A DNA stretch of 64,000 bases from Selaginella moellendorffii (GCF_000143415.4 NW_003314307.1:506859-570858), one strand, 5' to 3'. Counted from the stretch's first letter, positions 1 through 13,246 are shown. Translations and numbers: made by a program. The notes: generated by a model from the letters alone, not told the origin.

Positions 1-3000
1 TAACGCTACAAAAGAAAGGCTCAAGGGTCACCTTTCTCAGAAAAGTGCAACGGCCACTTTTCTACACCAACTCCAGACTCTATCCAACTCAATTGCTTTA
101 GCCCCAAAAGTTAGCATCCCTCTCGGGCTACATCATACAAACTACCTACTAAGATCTAAGCTAACCGAAGTCAACTCCAACCCCTTCACTAATTTGCATT
201 GGCTTACGAAAACGGAAAGGTTTTCGGACAAAGTGATCAACAAATCAGCCATTGGAAAAGTCTAAGAAAATTTGTGGAAAATTTTCCATCCTAGAGAAAG
301 AATGACTCTCAGTCCAGGAATGCAAACTTTCAAGACTCAACCAACTTCCTCCTACTTAACAACTTTCACATAGGCTCACCTTAACACAAATTCTCATGAC
401 CCATAGTATGCTTAAGCCTCGAACATCTTTTTGCCCATTCTTTCAACATCCAACACCGACGTCCGTAGAATGCAAAATGAACATCTAAAGCTTGATCATG
501 GAGACCATATCTTCGAATATTCACATTGCACTAACACTCTTCTTCGATTACCTTCAAGATCCAATGTGAAGCCAAAACACTAACAAGAAAAATGACATGG
601 AAAATCAAGCTCTAAGGAAAATTCCTCATCACTCGAATCAACAATGCCACTTCCACTAACACAAGTGCTAGCGCTATCAATGCCTTAACTAAACACATTT
701 TCCATCCAACAATCTACTCCAAGTGCTAACGGATCAATTAATGAGCTATAGCAAATGCTACAACTCTTTTCCAACACCTTATGGGCCAACTCTCAAAGAA
801 ACAAAGAACCAACTTAAGCTTAGCATAATGAACCACCATCGAGAATCTAGTCAAAGCTACTACAATGCTACTTTGTGCAAGTAGACTAGCTTCACTATCA
901 ACCACTTTGGTTGATTATCATTTACCCAAGCAACTTCGTAAACACATTGCTCATTATCACATGGATATAATATAGAAATCACAATGACTTGATTATCAAT
1001 TGAGCAACACCACGAGCAATGCCAATGCCATTACTTCAAAGGTTTATGTGAGTATCAAGTGCCAACTCAATTTGACAAAATGCAACATAAATGCCACACT
1101 CCACCAATAGAGATTTACAACACTCAACACCACTAACTTTTGTTCACAACATGGACAAGCTCATGCCACTCTCTTTCCGACTAAACTCAAAACTAGTCCA
1201 ACACCAAGCTATTCAAAGAGCAATAGCAAGGTTCCCGGGAAAAGAATTGAACATTGTAACTAAAGTCTTCCAATAGCGAGTCTAGACAAAATGGTATAGT
1301 GCTTCACCACTATCCATCCCATGACTCACCACTTGTAAGACCATCCTCTCCAACATGCATCAAGATAGGGACTCTTGATTGCATAATGTGAACACGAGCA
1401 ATGAGTCACACCTCGTTGCAAATCATCCGTCCAAGAAGAGAAAATGATTTACGTGTTTGACCCTTCGTCCCCGATGACTCTCTTTTCGGTCTTATCTTTT
1501 GACCAAACCTCAAGCTTACTTTTGCACTGCCTTCAGTTCAATCCAAGAAAAGTTTATGAGAGAGCACGGCAGTGACTACTTGAACCAATAGACTAATCCC
1601 TATAGTCTTGATTGATCCACTTATAATCATGCCTAGGAAGGATCCACTAGTGCCGTGCTAAACAGCTATGGACCAGCCTATTTGCCACTCATAGCAAACC
1701 CAGGGAAAGTTTACTTTCACCCATGGTACAAGGAACAACTCTTGGAACCACCGATAGGCTAACATTAATCTTGCCAACTCAAAGTGTAACCTCGAGTTGC
1801 TAATGTGCCTCACACACGAGCCCAAGCGTAAACTCGTGCTAACGGAGCATCTCAAATCCATCCTATGAGCCCAAGCACAAGCTCACATCATAAGGTACAA
1901 AAGGTAACCAAATCCATACCCAAGGAACGATTGCGAAGCCTTTGCACCCAAACGTGTACCCACTCGGATCATCGTTTTCATCTCTGCGTATGCAACGAGA
2001 CTAGTTGCCCAATCTCATTGTATAGTACTCGCTGAGACTCATCCTCTGATACCAAATGTAGCGCACGTGGTTTTGACCCTTTATCCTATGGTGATTTACC
2101 ATAGGATAACACCACGAAGCGGAACCTAAACCCTCTTTGTGCCACGTGTCACATGCCATGTGTCACATGCCATGTGTCCATCCCACGTGCCCATAAGAAA
2201 CCGAGGTTCAGGGCCTTGGGCCACTGAACAAAGGAACGGTGCCAAACTCCCAAGCATGGAGCCAAGGAGTGACGGAACCGAACCACGGAGCAACTCCCGA
2301 GCATAAAGCCCAAGGAGCGAAGGGACAGGAGCCCGGAGCGACTTGGAACAGTCCTGGAGCGACCAGCATCCCAATGCTAGGACCAGCATGCAAAACGGAG
2401 CCAAACGGAGTCTAGCGCTATTTCGGCATACCGGTGGCCTAACGTGAGGATATGGGTACTCCACCAACTAGCATGGAATGGAACTTGGGACCCAAGTCGG
2501 ACGCTGAACAAGGACAGGCATGCAAGCGGGAGCTAGACTATGCCTCAGGTTGGTCAGCCATGCCCGACCTACCCACTATCCCTACTATACATTTGGAACC
2601 CCCCATAGCCCCCCCCCCCTTGAGGAACACACGCTTTGGGCTTTCACCCCAAGCCTCCCTTAGTATCAAGAGTTAGTCTCTGGGACAAGCTCGAAACTTA
2701 CTAAATATGGAATGTCCCTAGATTGCGAATTTGGACATGGGACGAACACCATTGTGTTCAGGACAAACTCTACATTCCGTAGATATGCCAAATGAGCAAA
2801 TCTGGACACTTTCCATAAATAGCATTTGGGACCGAAATGAGACTAACACAAAGGGCATGATAGCGAGGGTGTTTGGCAGACACGGTAAGCTATCATGTAG
2901 CGATATTGAGGGACTAATCTCAATACGCGAGGGTTCTTGTCACTAGCAAGTGCAAGACAAAACGAGACGGGAACTCCTTACCGGGCTAAGTATGCTTAGC

Positions 3001-3198
3001 TAATAACACGTAGGAATTCCGTCCTTATGCTCGTCCGGTCTAAGTACACTCGAAATGCCCAGTTAACTCCACTAGCACAAGAGGGACTGATAAAGGGTCC
3101 AGCAATACCGACCTCCTGCCATCGTGGCAGTAAGGTAAGAGTGTCCGTAAGGACTAGCTGACAGGTAACTTTCGATACCCGAAGTCACATTCGCGACA
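1..3198 (-). mobile_element. Family A non-autonomous LTR retrotransposon, 5' part (5' LTR, PBS and non-coding internal region; continues left of the window)
   Basis: On the minus strand the LTR reads TGTCGCGAATG...GCGCTACA (3198->2057), followed by the tRNA-Met PBS TGGTATCAGAG (2054->2044). Internal 1-2056 is the reverse complement of 57042-59080 and has no long ORF. Confidence 0.9.
2057..3198 (-). repeat. Family A LTR (~1.14 kb)
   Basis: TG...CA termini; homologous to the LTRs at 55902-57041 and 60663-61793. Confidence 0.92.
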
Positions 3199-5686
3199 CC
3201 CTCTTCCAGAAGGCAATATGCTGTCTAATCCCGGCCACTATACTTTCCTGGTCTTTGAGTCCATCCGGGTGCATCGGCCGTGGGGAACCCTGAGGAATCA
3301 TAGGTTCCCCAGTTATGGGATCTCTCTTGAAGAGTTCAATGTCGTCCACTGGCAGCCACATTGTGTCCCATTCTCTCATCTTGTACCTCATCACTGGAGC
3401 ACCGTCACATATGCTGAAATGAAACTGAAGAGGCTTGGAGTGGCCAATCACCATTTCGGATCCGTCCCTGATGTAGCCTCTTACAAACCCCTTAAAGTTT
3501 GGAACCTCTGTCAGAAGTGCAGCTTCAACAGTGCCTTTGATGCAATTTTGGAATTCATCGTAGAGTTGTGGGAGGGTGAGGACATTGGATCGCCGGAGGG
3601 ACTCTGCCAGGTGACTGAACATGGCATCGACGTCTTCATGAGTGTGCCCAACCATGAGAAAGCCAAGTGTAACCGTTTCAAATATGCCTTTGGCAACAAG
3701 CATCGCCAAGTACGCGAAGACGTACATGTTTTTGTTCTCACTGCCAGCATTGTCTGTTTGGAGTAGAAGATGGGGTGGAAGGCCACATCGGCCGCAAGAA
3801 CTTCCTTGAGATTCTGCTTCGTTTGGATGAGGTTGTGCATTCACCGGGCGACCAGCCTCGTCGGAATGGCATGAGGCCTCACGTGATAACCCTACAATCT
3901 GACGGCCAACATATTCACTAGGATGGCATGGGGCCCCACGCGATACTGCAAGCCTTTGCTCCTCCTCCAGCTGAACCCTGTATGGGGTTCGATCGACAAG
4001 GGCCTTATGCAAGGGTTGGCCGTTCAGCTCAGTTTGGGCACTTTGCAGAGACCTTAAGTGTTTTGCTAGGGACACAATCATCATGTTTGCACCCCCGCCA
4101 CCCCATAGAGGTACAAAGAAGTTCCCATAGTTCTGGGCACCATGCCCATGAACGATTATGCCAAACAGAGACACAGGCAGCTGCATGGATGAAGAGATTG
4201 CCTTGGGGGCAGGATTGAGTCGAGGTAAGCACGTTTTTTTCTGGTCCATTTTGTCATAGATGATGCAGAGGTAAGAGTCAGGTCTCTCCATGGAGAGAAT
4301 CCTGTTATGATAATATGCAGTCCTGTAGCTTCTCTGCTCGATGTTGTGGTCGAGCCGCCTTCTAACCAACGTCTCTCGCTCTTGAGCGCTGCAAGAATTC
4401 TTCGACAAAGCCATTTTGATAGCAGTGCACTCGTCACACTTTGAAAAGCTGGAGTACTTTCCTATACTCACATCCTTGAACCTGTTGCTCCACAATCTAC
4501 TAAATCTAGATTGGCTCAGCTTCCTGTAGCCATTACTCTGGAGTTCCCGATTCACATCTTCCAATATGGCCCCCTTGGTATACATGGAAGGGAGAACTCG
4601 TTGGGTGTCTCGTGTTCTATCTTCCAAGAGGCGGGTTTTATATGGTTGCTGCTCGCTACATGTCTCGACAAACCTCTTGAAGATTGCCTCTCCATATACA
4701 ACATGACCCCTGGTTTTGTGCGTACCGTCGTTCCCATGGACTGCCTGTTGAACCCTTTGTTCCTCGAACTCAGTTTTGATTCTGTAGAATGTGGTTCGAG
4801 GGACTCCATAAATGATTCTCCATGCCTTCATGCAGACTAAACCCCTCTGGAAGACCATGCCCCCCACTTGATGTTTTGAAGCATCAACAGATGACCGTAA
4901 TGCCTCATACACAAAATTGCGAGCTGCCTTCCAGGACAATGTCTTGTATCTTGCTCTCTCCTCTTCAATAGCATCCCAATCAGCATGTTGACAGCACCTC
5001 CTCTTGCAACAAGCAACTGTCGAGACCATTCGAACCTCCATCGCCATTTTCTGCCTTTTCGGTTCGTTGCTCAGATCCCTTTGGCTGCGCTTTAGGAAGG
5101 TGTACTTTCTTTTCCCATGAAGAGATGTTCTGTCATCAGTTGTAGTGGTGTTTGATTGTGAATCCTTCACATTCTCAAACACTAAGTGCCTCAATTTCCA
5201 CCGCACAATGCTTCCAAAAGTCAGACTGTTTTCTTCTGTGTCAACAACCTCTAAAATCGCAACTCCAATATCATCCCAGCCCAATTCTTGATTAGCAACC
5301 GCATCTCTTGGATCGACAACTGTGGCTAAGCCCTCAGCTACCACCTCCCCCTCGGGGTTGTTTAGAAACACCTTCGCCTGAATCCATGTAGCACGGTTCT
5401 TAAGATCCACGGAGGGAACATGCGTCGCACTTGCGCTGTCCCCAACATCTGCTTTCTTCTGAAGATTTTTCAAGGCAACAACAACATTTACCCCGATGAC
5501 CATCTCTCCTTGTTCAATAGCGACCACATTCCCATCGAAGACAGTCTCTACTGATACAGTAGCATTGCCTTCCCCAAGCCTTTGACAGTGTATAACAAAG
5601 TTCCGATCCATAGACACAAGGGTCCCTTTTGCAACTCTTTTCCCACCATTCAAAATGTAAACCTTTTCCCCAACCCTGAAGGCCAT
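3185..5686 (-). CDS. Sola-type (DUF7869-like) DDD transposase, C-terminus truncated by the LTR insertion at 3198
   Basis: Uninterrupted 833-aa ORF with CCKRRC, VCMKAWRIIYGV, HGN, FSKCDEC, IIYDKMDQKKT, LQTDNAGSENKN and FLMVGHTHEDVDAMFS motifs. The last four codons and the stop come from the LTR. The ATG directly follows a splice acceptor (TTTCAG|AATG). Confidence 0.72.
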   Translation of the reverse strand: MAFRVGEKVYILNGGKRVAKGTLVSMDRNFVIHCQRLGEGNATVSVETVFDGNVVAIEQGEMVIGVNVVVALKNLQKKADVGDSASATHVPSVDLKNRATWIQAKVFLNNPEGEVVAEGLATVVDPRDAVANQELGWDDIGVAILEVVDTEENSLTFGSIVRWKLRHLVFENVKDSQSNTTTTDDRTSLHGKRKYTFLKRSQRDLSNEPKRQKMAMEVRMVSTVACCKRRCCQHADWDAIEEERARYKTLSWKAARNFVYEALRSSVDASKHQVGGMVFQRGLVCMKAWRIIYGVPRTTFYRIKTEFEEQRVQQAVHGNDGTHKTRGHVVYGEAIFKRFVETCSEQQPYKTRLLEDRTRDTQRVLPSMYTKGAILEDVNRELQSNGYRKLSQSRFSRLWSNRFKDVSIGKYSSFSKCDECTAIKMALSKNSCSAQERETLVRRRLDHNIEQRSYRTAYYHNRILSMERPDSYLCIIYDKMDQKKTCLPRLNPAPKAISSSMQLPVSLFGIIVHGHGAQNYGNFFVPLWGGGGANMMIVSLAKHLRSLQSAQTELNGQPLHKALVDRTPYRVQLEEEQRLAVSRGAPCHPSEYVGRQIVGLSREASCHSDEAGRPVNAQPHPNEAESQGSSCGRCGLPPHLLLQTDNAGSENKNMYVFAYLAMLVAKGIFETVTLGFLMVGHTHEDVDAMFSHLAESLRRSNVLTLPQLYDEFQNCIKGTVEAALLTEVPNFKGFVRGYIRDGSEMVIGHSKPLQFHFSICDGAPVMRYKMREWDTMWLPVDDIELFKRDPITGEPMIPQGSPRPMHPDGLKDQESIVAGIRQHIAFWKRVSRM

Positions 5687-6049
5687 TCTGAAAGTGCAGA
5701 AAAGAAGTTAAGACCATACAAAAAATGATTGGAGAATGGCCTAAATCATAACATACCAAACAACCTCAATAGCATGAGGCCACATGCCATTATTCAAACA
5801 TGCTATTGACACCCACGTGAAATTTCGCATTCACAAAATTGGCATGAGGCCTCATGCCATCTTGATATACACACAGCTACAGGCAAGTAAAAACATACAT
5901 GACAATACGCTAGCCATGAAATTGCAAGGGCCCAAGATGGCATGTGGCCTCATGCCATTTCTAAATGTGGTCCTAAGCCATTCCATGGTGAACATACCAG
6001 GAAGCACAAGTGCCGAATATCAAGAGGAAGCGGTAGCCACACCAAAGAC

Positions 6050-6245
6050 AGTGCCGCTCGCAACACCGCAACTGCTCGTAGTGCCGCTCGCAACACCGCA
6101 ACTGCTCGTAGCGCTGCTCACACAAACTGCCACTCGCATAAACTGCCGCTCGCAATGGCGCTCGCAATGCCGCAACCGCTTGTAGACGCATAAACCACAG
6201 CTCACAACGCCGCTTACACAAGCAGCGCTCACTGCGCTCAGCGGA
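6050..6245. repeat. GC-rich imperfect tandem repeat (CGCTCGCA core; 30-bp unit duplicated)
   Basis: GTGCCGCTCGCAACACCGCAACTGCTCGTA x2 plus variants, upstream of the transposase. Confidence 0.8.
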
Positions 6246-6548
6246 ACCAAGAACACGGCGCACAAAAATGATAGACCTAGGAATGAGTTCGAGAATTCAA
6301 AAATAACACACGCTTGAACGTCACATCAAATCCTCTGACAAACCATATCTTATGACTCCTCTGACAAATTTCAAACTGAGTAACTTCTAGACTTTGCTGT
6401 CGGAGGTTGAACTTTGTCACATCATGTCCTTGCCTCGATCCAGCTGTGCCATGTCAGTGATTCGAATTTTGCCATGCCATGTCAGCGATCCGCGCCAAGA
6501 TTATTCGCCGTGTAAAGGAATAATTATGCTGTGTGTGTACGTCCATTT

Positions 6549-7900
6549 ATGGCAATATAAGGCCACACGCCATTCAAAGAATAATGCTAGTCGAGCATTT
6601 TTTGGTGCATTTTTGGGTTCAAAATTGCATGAGCCCACACGCTATAAAGTTTACCTGTACCAAAAATAGAAACAGCTTTATTTACTTGGGAATTTAAGTG
6701 GTTGAGGCATTTTTAAACTTACAAACACATGCCCTACTTACATTCTTTTGGTTGCTTAAAATTTAAAAATATTATAAACCTTTCTTTTTGCATTTTCAAT
6801 GTTTTCAATTATGGTTTTTGATTTTCGCAGGACCAGCCTAGCAATCTATTTGCATCCCGTCATATTTATAGCTAGTTTTCGTTTGTCCCCTTCGCTAGCC
6901 TGAGATACATCTACTCGGCATCTGCCTCTTACAACATTTGCCCAGAAAGGGCATCTTTCTTCACGTAGCATTTGCCACATGTTTAGGGTTTAGGGTTTAG
7001 GGTTTAGCAATTCAGTAGCTTGATAAACATGCAAATACAGAACTTGATGCAAAATCCTTTGATATGTCACAATGCCCCTAGGACCATAAACACATTTCAA
7101 TAGAGAGGGTCCTTTCATTTTATAACTCCTTACGTAGATCTTGGTGAAACCAGAGTTAGTAAAGTTAGTTTCTTGTGATCCTGCATCTGATTATGATGTC
7201 CCTTTGCAGTGTCGATGGAAAGGTCAATGCACACCAAACTGTAAAATCTTGGAGCAAAATAACGGTCGGATCTATGGCAAATGCCCCTGAAACATTGTAA
7301 GGCTCATGTGGTCTCATGTGGTGTCCGATCGACATGCTTCTTTGCAGGGTCATCAAGAAAGACATTGTATACCATTCTGTAAAATCTAGTTGCGATCTAA
7401 CGGTTGGATCTCCAGAAAACTCAAAAAAATCTCGCGCATGTTAGAATATCCTAGGAATATACTCCTATGTGCCCCTGAAAATGGCATGCGGCCCCACGCC
7501 ATTCAAGAGATAACGCCAGATGACACCGAGAATTTTTTGGTGCATTTTTTGGGTTCAAAATTGCATGAGCCCACACGCTATAAAGTTTATCTTTGCCAAA
7601 TAGAGAAAAGTTTATCTTTGTCATGTGAGGTAGTTACAGTCCTTTGTGCTCGGCATCTGCCTCTTGCAGCATTTGCACTGAAAGGGAATTTTTCTCCATT
7701 CAGCATTTGGCCCTGAAAATGGCATGCGCCCACACGCCATTCAAGGAATAACGCCACAGGACGCCTGAATTTTTGGGTTTAAAATGTTTAGGGTTTTTTG
7801 GGTTTTTTCAAAATATTTTGGGTCCAACGTTTTTTGGGTTTCTTTGGTTCAAAATTGCATGAGCCCACACGCTATAATATTGATTTGAGAGAAAAATAGA
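6549..7900. repeat. Three dispersed copies of a ~120-160 bp module, each holding two palindrome copies
   Basis: Palindrome...ATTCAA...GGTTCAAAATTGCATGAGCCCACACGCTATA at ~6549-6670, ~7481-7605 and ~7719-7880. Confidence 0.8.
6982..7007 (+). repeat. Interstitial plant telomeric repeat (TTTAGGG)x3.7 / telo-box cluster
   Basis: TTTAGGGTTTAGGGTTTAGGGTTTAG read directly. Confidence 0.9.
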
Positions 7901-8221
7901 AACAGATAGAATTTCTTTATTTAGCTGAACATCTGCCATTTTTGGAAATACAAGATGCTTTGGAATATCCAATCATGCATGGTATAAATATAGCGAGGGT
8001 ATTAAATGATATCCCAATCATGATCTTTCTTTTGGATTTCGCGTGCATGCAGTCCGAGGAATGATGACGTTGCGGATTTCTTTTGGATTTTGCGTGCTTG
8101 CATGCGCGTGGCAATCCAGAAATTAATGGTGGCACCCAAGTCCGAGGAATGATGACGTGGCGGGATTACCAACCGTTGTGACATTTCGCGCGTGTGAGGT
8201 TAGGTTTTGCATTTTGCTTCG

Positions 8222-8404
8222 TACTCGCACTCGCGCTCGCATCACACTTGCGCTTGCGCTCGCATCACACTCGCGCTCGCATCACGCTCCCACTCGCGAT
8301 CACGCTCACATTCGCGCTCATCTACCTTCTCTACAGGTTTCTCGTGTGCATCGGCGTCCACTCGCGCTTGCATCACACTCGTGCTCGTGTGCATCGGCGT
8401 CCAC
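8222..8404. repeat. GC-rich imperfect tandem repeat (CACTCGCGCTCGCATCA core)
   Basis: Multiple variants of CACTCGCGCTCGCATCA upstream of the cargo gene; resembles the 6050-6245 tract. Confidence 0.8.
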
Positions 8405-9519
8405 TTTAAGACACACCCAGTTTGTAACTTCGCCGCCAACTCCGCCGCCCACTCCGCCACCCACACGCAGCCCACTTGGCGTCCCGGGAGATTTCAGCGC
8501 CACTCTCCAACTGTAAGTGGCAGAGTAGACTTGCTGCTACAATCCGCTGCACACACAGTGCACATTCGCCAGCGAGTCCGGCCTCGATTGTCACGGCCTC
8601 CATTCGGCTTCAAATAGTAAGTCTTTTAGGCCAAGTAGAAAATGGCATGAGGCCACATGCCATTCAGTAGCAACATTGGCATGCATCGATTGGGCTCTCG
8701 AGTGCAGTCCGGTTACAAATGGCGTGTAGCCTCATGCCATCTTAGGATGTAGCCTCAAGACATCTGATGCAGTGGTGAATGGCGTGTGGCCTCACGTTAT
8801 TTCCAGCTGCTAGCTTTTCATCTGTCAGCTCTAATTGTTGTGCATTTCTGAACAGGCGAGGAATTGTGTTCTTCTTCCAGCCACTGTCAATGTGGATGCA
8901 GAGAAGGGGGAAGAGCTCACCAGTTGGACTTTTGGGATGGAAGGCGAGGATCTGAGGCTGTACAACACAGATGGTGGGAGAAAAGAATGCATGGGGATCC
9001 TCATCTAAGTGACAGACACTCCATACAGTTCCATGCAAGAATATGGACTGGCACTTGTGGTAGAGACAGCGTCCGCCTTCAAGATCCACCTTGCACATCC
9101 TAGCGGCTTCCTAGAGGGGGGCAGCGGCTATGAGGAATTCTTAGAGGGAGCTAGGGAGAGGTTGTCCAGGAGGCCCACAATTTCAAAGACGCTGCGGGTC
9201 TATGAAGATCACATGGAATCCACGGACCTCACCTACGGCGATGTTCAAAAACTATATTCCAACATTGAGCCGTTGAGAGTGCCTCCAGTTCGCGAAGCGA
9301 AGGGGAAGGGGGTCGATCTGGAAATTACCCCGAAGCAGAAAAGGGTGGTCAAGCTCAAGCCGACGCCCGACTCTCTTGCTCCAAAAAAGAAGCTACTCGG
9401 TGATGCCATTGCCTCGGGTTCAAACACTACACCCACCAAAAAGAAGAGCCGCAAAGAGCAGAAAGAGCAAGAAGAGGCAGCAAAAATCGTCGCAAATAAT
9501 AGTACTTGTTACTATTCCA

Positions 9520-9930
9520 ACAAAGTATATACAATCGACGTGAGCCATATCGACATCCAAAGCAAATACAACCACAGGCTAGTATCTGATGAGTGGGTGG
9601 AGAAACTGAAGCAGAAGATGCTAGCAAGTCCAGTAACACCCGACATCGCAGACGTGATCCCCTACTACCGAACAATGAAGGGCGAGACAAGGTTTCCAGA
9701 CTTGATCAATAGGAAGGTGTTGGACGATCAGAACATCCGGTTCTATGCCGTCTCCGGGCAGCATTCTAGCTTGGCGATGCAAGAGATAGTTCTGGATATT
9801 ATGGTGGGCGAGGAGGTGAAGAAAGTCTTCAAGACAAGAGTTGTCCGCCTGATAAAAGGCAACTCGCCCCTCCGATCTATCATATCCATCTCCCACGCGC
9901 AGAATGTCAAGCAAGAAATGTGCTACAAAT
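9520..9930 (+). other. ParB/sulfiredoxin-like domain of the cargo gene
   Basis: IDVSHIDI..NHRLVSDEWVEKLKQKM...FYAVSGQHSSLAMQEI...ISISHAQN follows the ParB-N pattern (R motif, helix, [DS]GxH motif, terminal N). Confidence 0.5.
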
Positions 9931-12900
9931 CGGGTTTGCATGAAACATTAGCACGAACACGGAAGCTCTGGGTTCAACTGAAGAAGCCACAAAAACCAGG
10001 ACAAGGACGTGCACTAGCAACTAGCGCCTGGCAGGTAAGCCTCGTTGCATGTGGCATAGCATGTGGCCTCACGCCATTTCCATTGCAGGAATTCTCGAGT
10101 CTTCTCTCGAAAACACTGGGGTCAATGACACACTCAGCATCCATAACATTTTACTCGCGACAAAATTTGTTTTTGACAAATGGGTAGATGTGCTGAGGAG
10201 GTATCATGACGGGGAGTTGCTAAACTCAATGGGTGTGGAGGACGGCCGGAAGCCCAATGATTTGAAGCTCAACGCCTTGCGTTTCTTGCGGTCTCTAGAC
10301 GACGACAACCTTATGACAGTGGCTAATGCTCTTCTACGTGGTGAGGTAGTCTTCAACAAGACCAAAATGACTCCCGGCCATATTGTGACATACGAGGACT
10401 TGTGCACGACTCTGAGAGCTCGTGTGCTATTGAAGGATTGGATCTTCGAGCAAGTGGCCGTGGAGAGGGTGAGCATCGACACCACGCAAGAGATGATGGA
10501 AGAGCTGGAGTTGTCAAATAAAGACATCGACGAGTACGTGAAGGGGGCCCCCAAGTTCATCGATCTGCTGCGGGATGCCACGAAAAGTAAAGCTGAGAAG
10601 TTGGATTAGTATCCAAATTTCATTAAGAGGGATGTCGACCGCCGGCTTCAGAAACAGCTCGACCCCGCAACAAAGGCCTATCGAGAACCTTACTGGGTAT
10701 ACGTGAATTCGGATGAGGATCAAAGGTGGAGGAGCATCGTTTCCTGCGGAGATGAGCAGGTCAAGAACATCTTTTGTGTGATGGACTTCACAAACGAGGA
10801 GATCACTCATGCAGACGAAGTCAGCTCCATCATTGACTTAATGGTGGGACTTGCGGAGGTGGAATCTTCAGTCCACTATATGATCTACGACTCCGAATCC
10901 TATCACAAGTTCTGGAAGGCCTTGAACGAGGTGAAGGCTCGGTTGAAAGGCAAGGAGATGCAGGAGATCCATGGGATAATGGCTAAGAAGAAGATACCGA
11001 CGAATGTCCGCATCTTCACACTCGCCCTTGTTATTGGTCCTGCAGCAGAGTGGGACTGGAGTGACTTCCCAGCTTCGTTCGACAAGGCCGATCGAATTGA
11101 TCTGAGGGAGGTCAATTTACCCGTGCCTGAGGAACTGAAGACGGCTATGGAGCTTTCGAATCCAGAGAAAGCTCCAGGTGCAACATGGGAAATGCTCAGC
11201 TGGGTCTTCAACGCAATAGCACCTGCTTCCGACTCCAAGGGCAAATGCGTTGTCGAGTACAACTGCGGCGGACTATTCTTTCGAGCCGCACTACTCAAGG
11301 GTGTCCCGTGTGTTGTGGTGACAAACTCTATTGAAGAGGTGACTTCAATGAAACATATAATTACAGTTGCTAAAGGAAAACAGTATCTTCTTTGTGAACC
11401 TGGTGAGTACGCACTTTAAGTTTAAATGTTATCTTACAAGCTCTGTATGCAGCAGCGTGGCCACCCCCAGATGCTGAAACGGCGTTAACAACTACTGTTG
11501 GGCCGAGCTCACAACCTGCACAAGGTAAGGTCACGTGAGGCCTCATGCCATTTTGATTATAGATCATTGTGAATATTCAGACACGAGGACTGAAAAGCGC
11601 ACTGGTGGCGCATCGAAGAAGGACAAACAGACAAGCAATAGGAAAAAAGGAGGTACAAATTATATTTGCAATGGCATGTGGTCTCATGCCATTCCTTGCA
11701 GGAGACACTTCTTCAAAGGCAAAATAGGCAAGCACCAGCCAAGCTCAAACTGACAGTGGTCATAAAAAGCGAAAGCACGTTGGACAGTCGTCGGGATCAG
11801 AGGCGTTTGATTCGAAAAGAAAGAAGGGCAACGAAAAGATGATAGGTAATGCCTCGCGGTCACCACCTCCTGACTCAGATTCCTATGGCGGACTCCCCTT
11901 CCCCAATCTCAATGGAGAGGTACAATGGATGAGGGATGCGTTTCAAGTCAGGGCCACGTTTTTCTCATCTCGTCGTCTTCGAAGGGTGCAAGAACGTGCA
12001 GAAACCATGTTAAGACAGTCAGGTGAGGATACGGTCCTAGGTCACGCACTAAAACAGGCTATGGATGTCTTGTATTTTGAGATGGAGACTCGGCCAGATG
12101 ATTTTCCCAAGATGGTCCTGGAAGAACAAGCCATCCAGCCTGAGCAGCCTATAGAAGAAATGCAGGAGGGGGATGAGGAGCCAGAGAAAGATAATGAGCA
12201 GGAAGAGCAGAAGGACGAAGAGGAGGACGAAGAAGAGGAGGACAAAAAGGACTTGGATGGTCCTCACAATGGTGACGATCACAATAACAACGACGACAAT
12301 GATGATGACGATGGCCAGCCTGAGGTGGCCAAAGAGCAGCGGAGGAAGGTCATACAAGACAAACCATCAGGTAAATAATAGTACATCCAATCCTAACCTT
12401 TTACCATTTCTAACATTGTCCATGTAGGTTGCAAAGCAAATGGTAAGTAGAGATTATTCAGTTGAATTAAGATACAAACTCTAGCCTTTAGTGTCGAGGA
12501 AGGATAGTGCCAAGCAAGGGTCGAAACGTATGTCCAATCCTTCAGAATCAGCAGTGCGCCCAATAGCAGTTGATGGTAAATACAGTATAGTCGATTCAAT
12601 GTGCTAATGAGTTTGTTTTTAGTAGCCAGTAGGGAGGATACCATCTCAATCGAAGGGAGATATTTGGACATGCATATGGATCCGCCAGTGGACTCTACTT
12701 GCCTGCAAGAGTCATCAGAGCTAGTGGAGGCTACTATCCATATCAACACCAAGCAAGCTGACCACGCTCCACTTGATGCTGCCCATACCACTGAGTCAAT
12801 CTTGTCCACGTATCCAACTGACGGTGACCAGGCGCCATTGGACCCGCATGAGGCCGCCCCAGCTGCCGAGCCGGTTGTATCCTCATTTCCAACGGACTCA

Positions 12901-13246
12901 ACGTGTGCCCAATCGTCTGACTACGCGCCGTTGGAACCTCCCTACACCGCCCCTGCTGCCTGTTCGGTCATGTCCACTTTGCCAACGGAGGCACCAGCTG
13001 AAATGGCGTGTGATCACACGCCATCGGAACCACCCCATGCCACTGTTGAGCCAGTTGTACCAGAGTCTACAGCTGAAATGGCATGTGCCCACAAGCCATC
13101 GGATGCGATTGCAGAGGAGAGTATTTCCACCCTTCACGTTTCCTCGACCAAAACCCTCTCAACGACCATCGGGAGCACCATTCGCTAATATTGTAGATGG
13201 TAAAATTGACTTGTACCATTTTTTATGCTGACGCATTTCATTTCAG

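Noticed and set aside
6982-7007. True telomere or healed chromosome end
   Set aside because: Under four units long and internal to the element.
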